Below are positions 59,594-64,000 of a DNA stretch of 64,000 nucleotides, one piece after another (within the stretch, counting starts at the first letter, position 1; each line of letters begins with the position of its first letter). The translations under genes and the position numbers were made by a program. Source of the DNA: a virus; IMG/VR virus record IMGVR_UViG_3300037067_006209, positions 1,252-65,251 of that record. One strand, given 5' to 3'. The notes beneath the pieces are model-generated. The model did not search any database. It saw nothing but the letters and a program-made list of their open reading frames with translations, and was not told the DNA's origin.

Positions 59594-59803
59594 ATGTTAA
59601 AATATGTTTTAATTTATAATGAAGAAACAGGTTTGTGGGATGGAGAATTTATAAATAATGATGATGTTATATTTTCTGCATCAGATAAAAACACAGATGA
59701 TGTGATAAATAAAATTAATTGGCAAGCATTTCATGTAAGTATGAATAAACAATTTAATCAAAACAGCAATTCTATTATGATTGAAAGGAGATATTATGTC
59801 TGA
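59594..59803 (+). CDS. Hypothetical protein
   Basis: AGGAGG RBS. Confidence 0.5.
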   Translation: MLKYVLIYNEETGLWDGEFINNDDVIFSASDKNTDDVINKINWQAFHVSMNKQFNQNSNSIMIERRYYV

Positions 59804-60023
59804 AAAATATATTCAGTGTAATGAAAGATTACCACAAACTTCTGCATGGTATTCAGTAATAAAAGGGTTTTTGATTGGAAATGGAACTGAAGAAAGTTCA
59901 CTATGGTTTGGAGACATAGGAAATGGTAATCACTTTTATATATATGAGTCACCAAAAAGAAATAATATTCCGCTTGGTCAAGGAATTCTCGAAATGGATT
60001 GTTTAGTTACGGCATGGGAATGA
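59796..60023 (+). CDS. Hypothetical protein
   Basis: AAAGGAG RBS before ATG 59796. Confidence 0.55.
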   Translation: MSEKYIQCNERLPQTSAWYSVIKGFLIGNGTEESSLWFGDIGNGNHFYIYESPKRNNIPLGQGILEMDCLVTAWE

Positions 60024-60364
60024 AAATATTTATAGTTAAGATAAATTCAAATATTGATAATAATAATATAAGATTGGAGGATATTTTATGAAAGTTAAAA
60101 TTATTGCAAATAAGCCAATAGATAATAATTGTTCTAGTATTGAAGAGTACATAGGAATGGAATTTGGAACATATGTTGATAAAGATGGAGATTTAATGGC
60201 AAAGGTACATGGTGCTAGTGATTTTGTTTTGTTTGACGGAGAATATGAAATTATAGAAAAGTAGATAGAAAACTTATTTTAAGTCAATTTTAGAAAGGAA
60301 TATTAATAATGATAAACAGATAAATAGGTATATATTGTAAATAAGAATGGAAAGGTGGTATTAA

Positions 60365-61537
60365 ATGTATTCAAGAAATGAACTTATTGAAAAACTCAAT
60401 TACTTAAAAACAAAGTATAAGATTCCATTGGGTTCATATATAGATAAAGAAGTTAATTTTCCAACAAGAAAAGTATTTATAAGAGAATTTGGGAGTATAG
60501 AGAATGCTTTTAAAGAAGTAGGAATATTAACTTATAAAAAAGGTAAATTTTATATATCTGATGCTCAAAATGTATTAAATAATAGAAATCCTAATTTCAT
60601 ATTATTATGTTTTAGTAGTATGAGAAATAAAAATTTAACTCAATGTAAAACATGTGGATATCAATGGAGTGTATCAACAGATAGCCTATTAAGAAATAAT
60701 ACAACAAGTCATGGATGTCCAAACTGTTCATTAAAGGAATTTTATAATAAATTAGAACAAAATGATTTACAACTTATTGAATCGGCATCTAATAATAGAA
60801 AAAAAGTTATGTGTAAAAAATGTAAAACAATTTTCACTATATATGCTTCTAATGCAACTAGTAAAAATTTTAATTGTCAATATTGTTCTCAAGTAGATAA
60901 AAAGAAATATAAATTATCTATTTTAAATCGAAATTATTTACAAAGTTATTATATATTAGGATTTTTATTTTCAGACGGTAGTTTTCATGAAAATAGGTTG
61001 AGATTTTATTTACGAAAGAAAGATTCATATATTGTATATGAAATTGCACATTATTTAGGAATAACTGAATTAATTACAATTAATAAAAATTCAATTGGAT
61101 TCAGTTGTATGGACACATCAAGCATATCAGTATTAGTAAATAGATATAATATAAAAAATAATAAAACTTATACTCCATGTGATTTAACTCCTATGCTTAA
61201 TAGCGATAATTTTACAGCATTTATTATAGGATTTATTGATGGAGATGGTTATCTTGGGTATAGGTCAGATACACACGTCCCTAAATATGTAATTAAATTA
61301 CATAAAAATTGGAAAAATAATTTAAATTTAATGTCTGCACATCTTTATAATTCTATAGGATTATTACACTACCCAATATCCATAAACGTGCGTCAAAAAA
61401 ATGAAATATATGCAAGTTTGACAATAGGAAATCAAATGGTAATAAAATATTTAAACAATTTTATTTTAAAAAACAATTTGTTTGTATTAGATAGAAAATG
61501 GTTGTTAAACAAAGGGGGTGGTTTTAATAATGAGTGA
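60365..61537 (+). CDS. Free-standing LAGLIDADG homing endonuclease with N-terminal Zn ribbons
   Basis: YILGFLFSDG and FIIGFIDGDG motifs; FGS..NA..EVG repeat; CxxC pairs. Confidence 0.85.
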   Translation: MYSRNELIEKLNYLKTKYKIPLGSYIDKEVNFPTRKVFIREFGSIENAFKEVGILTYKKGKFYISDAQNVLNNRNPNFILLCFSSMRNKNLTQCKTCGYQWSVSTDSLLRNNTTSHGCPNCSLKEFYNKLEQNDLQLIESASNNRKKVMCKKCKTIFTIYASNATSKNFNCQYCSQVDKKKYKLSILNRNYLQSYYILGFLFSDGSFHENRLRFYLRKKDSYIVYEIAHYLGITELITINKNSIGFSCMDTSSISVLVNRYNIKNNKTYTPCDLTPMLNSDNFTAFIIGFIDGDGYLGYRSDTHVPKYVIKLHKNWKNNLNLMSAHLYNSIGLLHYPISINVRQKNEIYASLTIGNQMVIKYLNNFILKNNLFVLDRKWLLNKGGGFNNE

Positions 61538-62106
61538 AAGAAAATTTTATATTTCAGACACTCATTTCTAGCGTCGGACATGAGAACATCATTAAATTTG
61601 ATGATAGACCTTTCATAACCGTACAAGAAATGGAAAATACTCTGATATCTAATTGGAATTCAGTAGTTAAGAATGAAGATACAACATACATATTAGGTGA
61701 TTTTTGTTGGGATAAAGAAGATGAATGGAAGAGAATTCTTAAATTACTTAATGGAAATAAAGTGCTTATTTTGGGCAACCATGATTTAAAAAGTATGTCT
61801 GCTGAATTAAAAAGAATGTTTCAAGATGTTAAAGACTATAAAGAAATAACTGATAATGGTAAACATATAATTATGTCACATTATCCAATATTGTTTTATA
61901 AAAGCTCTTATAATCCAAATTGTTATATGCTCTGTGGTCATGTACATACAACAAGAGAAAATGATTATTTAAATAAATGGTGTACAGAATTGATAGAAAC
62001 AAAAAATTCTAATTCAGATAATTGTGGAAATATTTATAATGTTGGTTGTATGACCCCTTGGATGAATTATACACCAAGAACATTAGATGAAATTATTACA
62101 TCATGA
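61530..62106 (+). pseudogene. Calcineurin-like metallophosphoesterase interrupted by a 7-nt insert (61569-61575)
   Basis: MSERKFYISDTHF-TAGCGTC-GHENIIKF...LGDF..GNHD..HYP..GHVH..NVG. Confidence 0.8.
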
Positions 62107-62142
62107 AATTACCAATTGGTAATGTTTAGGGAAAGGAGAACT

Positions 62143-62487
62143 ATGAAAGAAGTTAGAGCAATAAAAATTGAAAAGTATATGGAAATAATGCTAGATGATA
62201 GCATTATTAAAGATAAACTAAATATTAAGGATGTTACTGAAGTATATAGTGTTGGTATTGATTTTTCAATAGATGCTAATATTTTTTATGGAGTTAAAAG
62301 TGGCAATACACTATATGAATCATGTAATATATCAGATTTTGAAAATTATGATGTAATACTAAGATTATTAAATTGGGACAAATTTTACACCGACGAACAT
62401 TATTATTTTAGGGTATTAAAATCTAATAATAATGAAGTGGTGAATTTTAGAGAAGAAAAAGAATATTTAAAATGGAGACTTATATGA
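62143..62487 (+). CDS. Hypothetical protein
   Basis: AAAGGAG RBS before ATG 62143. Confidence 0.55.
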   Translation: MKEVRAIKIEKYMEIMLDDSIIKDKLNIKDVTEVYSVGIDFSIDANIFYGVKSGNTLYESCNISDFENYDVILRLLNWDKFYTDEHYYFRVLKSNNNEVVNFREEKEYLKWRLI

Positions 62488-62774
62488 TAAATAGATATGC
62501 AAGAGGTTCTGGTAAGACAATACTAAATTTTGCTAACTTTCTAGAAAATTGCAAAAATGAAAGTAAATCTGAAGAAGATAAGATATTTTTTCAATGTATG
62601 AAAGAATCATGGTTAGAATTTAATTATGGTAAAAATAATGAAGAGAATTAGATACTTAGTAATATAAATGTAATATGAATTACATAGATAAAAGAAGTAA
62701 ACGTGAGCATAAGAGAGTTAAACATTACCAAATATGTACTAATAATATAAAGTTTAGAAAGGTTACGTGCAAAT

Positions 62775-63056
62775 ATGTATATGAGAACAACAAAAGTTAG
62801 TAAGCAATGTCATATGTGTGGAGAAACAATTGAAGTAGTTCCTAAAAACCAATTACAAGAAATTGTATCAAATGTAATGTTGGATTTAAGAACACATTTT
62901 CATTATAAAAAAGAACACAATACTTCATACTTAAAGATTAAAGGGGTTGTTAAAAGAATCTTTAAAATGTTTATGTATTTATTTTTAGGAATAATATTTT
63001 TTCCAATATGGTTAATTACATATCCATTTTGGTTGATACATGAGTTGTTAAATTAA
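62775..63056 (+). CDS. Zn-finger membrane protein
   Basis: CHMC..H..H and C-terminal TM helix. Confidence 0.55.
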   Translation: MYMRTTKVSKQCHMCGETIEVVPKNQLQEIVSNVMLDLRTHFHYKKEHNTSYLKIKGVVKRIFKMFMYLFLGIIFFPIWLITYPFWLIHELLN

Positions 63057-63084
63057 AAAATATAAAAAGAAAGGATTTGAGTTT

Positions 63085-63330
63085 ATGTGGAAATTAGAGC
63101 AAAAGTATTTTACGAATGAACTAAACAATGATGAATTTACAACTGAACAATTCGACCATATTGAAGATTATGTATTAGAAGGTTGTAGAGATACAGGTTG
63201 GTATACAGATGAAGAGATATATGATTTTCTTGATGAAATAGCAAACCTTAAACTTGGTGAATATGCATCTGTTTTAGGAAAAGATTATGGAATTATAAAA
63301 GATTTCATAAAAGTTACAAAAATTGCATAG
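63085..63330 (+). CDS. Acidic hypothetical protein
   Basis: AAAGGA RBS. Confidence 0.55.
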   Translation: MWKLEQKYFTNELNNDEFTTEQFDHIEDYVLEGCRDTGWYTDEEIYDFLDEIANLKLGEYASVLGKDYGIIKDFIKVTKIA

Positions 63331-63358
63331 TAGGATATAGGCGTAGAGCCTATTCTAC
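63330..63358. terminator. Hairpin between convergent genes
   Basis: GTAGGATATAGGC-GTAGA-GCCTATTCTAC. Confidence 0.55.
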
Positions 63359-63386
63359 ACCTTAAAAATATGATAAAACATGAATT

Positions 63387-63653
63387 TCATGCTGTTTCAA
63401 TCCGAGGATATTCAACGATATACATTTCTGTTTTGTCAATGTAATCCTTTATGTTAAACTTCATTTTATATGTTTGGTTAATTATATATACTGGATTTAA
63501 CTTCGAAGTATACCAACAAAACTTATTATTAGCACTATCTACAAAAATCATTTGATGTAAATGAGTACTAACTTTTTTATGTGTTTTAGTAATAATTGGA
63601 TTAATTTCTTTTAAAGTTAAATCTTTTGTATAACGGTCATAGAAATAATACAT
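63387..63653 (-). CDS. Hypothetical protein, the only credible minus-strand gene
   Basis: GAGGTG RBS; own promoter TTAACA-17bp-TATACT (63700-63672). Confidence 0.75.
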   Translation of the reverse strand: MYYFYDRYTKDLTLKEINPIITKTHKKVSTHLHQMIFVDSANNKFCWYTSKLNPVYIINQTYKMKFNIKDYIDKTEMYIVEYPRIETA

Positions 63654-63913
63654 TAAATCACCTCATTTATTAGTATAACTTACTTTTAATTATCTGTTAA
63701 TATTATGGGAAATATACATTGTTATGAAATTGGATTTTTATTCTATTATTCATACTATAAATATAGATAAGGTCATTATTTCGATTATCGGGAAGGAATT
63801 GTATCAAGATGAAAAAGATATTGTCGTTCATTTTCAAATTGATAATGCGAAAATAGAAATATTAGATGTTGGATATTATCATATTTAATTTTTAAATTAT
63901 ATTAATAATACTA

Positions 63914-63942
63914 TTGACAAGTTATTACATTGGTAGTATTAT
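63914..63942 (+). promoter_or_regulatory. SigmaA promoter
   Basis: TTGACA-17bp-TATTAT. Confidence 0.65.
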
Positions 63943-64000
63943 AATAATATAAGTTGTTGTTAATAATATAATTTAGAATGAAATGAAACGAGGATTTTAT

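Larger units (their letters stand above)
1120..64000. repeat. Dispersed 18-bp quasi-palindromic site family ATRRAA-N6-TTYYAT at gene boundaries (about 45 copies)
   Basis: Exact-consensus copies start at 1120, 9019, 18783, 27704, 28364, 36341, 52048, 54462, 57615, 57875, 59549, 63373, 63724, 63983. Near-consensus copies at 1726, 2003, 2536, 4443, 5124, 6582, 6841, 8082, 9420, 11016, 11894, 12255, 16193, 17044, 24601, 28163, 30936, 35878, 36700, 39569, 52879, 53642, 54767, 55178, 55400, 55910, 56574, 56762, 57241, 60265, 62103. Confidence 0.85.

Noticed and set aside
60300-61580. Group I intron housing the LAGLIDADG gene
   Set aside because: No recognisable P7 or catalytic core and no upstream exon; the phosphoesterase start lies downstream of the endonuclease
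479-61778. Minus-strand and alternative-frame ORFs in the track (e.g. 479-730, 33264-33716, 37899-38432, 2155-2397)
   Set aside because: Shadow ORFs of well-supported + strand genes, low-complexity I/F/L/S composition, no RBS
1-64000. Genome-wide stop-codon reassignment
   Set aside because: Long conserved genes translate intact in code 11, and TAA, TAG and TGA all terminate genes
1120-64000. 18-bp motif as an intrinsic terminator
   Set aside because: A 6-bp AU-rich imperfect stem is too weak and has no separate U-tract

Overview
Very AT-rich, gene-dense segment of a large tailed bacteriophage (or large prophage) of a low-GC Bacillota host, probably Clostridia (inferred from SSB/DnaB sequences, AGGAGG RBSs and sigmaA promoters). 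Almost all genes are on the + strand. It holds a replication module (Sak4-like ATPase, SSB, initiator, DnaB with a class-3-type intein, Cas4-like exonuclease, DnaE, ERCC4 nuclease, UvrD; about 39.6-52 kb), an NAD-dependent ligase, an RNA-repair cluster, three de-ADP-ribosylation enzymes, a TerY-P-like operon, two tRNA genes, several HNH/LAGLIDADG endonucleases, a tnpB-only IS200/IS605 element, and many small accessory genes. Two results stand out. (1) An 18-bp quasi-palindrome, ATRRAA-N6-TTYYAT, marks about 45 gene boundaries, usually at or just after a stop codon. I saw none in the replication core. It also brackets the only inverted gene and an orphan gene fragment, which suggests an integron-like gene-cassette system. 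(2) One such cassette (28364-30953) encodes an HTH protein, a Zn-ribbon protein and an atypical 467-aa TnpB/Cas12f-like nuclease, between two outward-pointing copies of a ~72-nt structured element with compensatory base changes. Each copy abuts a cassette site, so this is a candidate dual-guide RNA-guided homing cassette. All calls come from reading the sequence by eye; no database searches were run.
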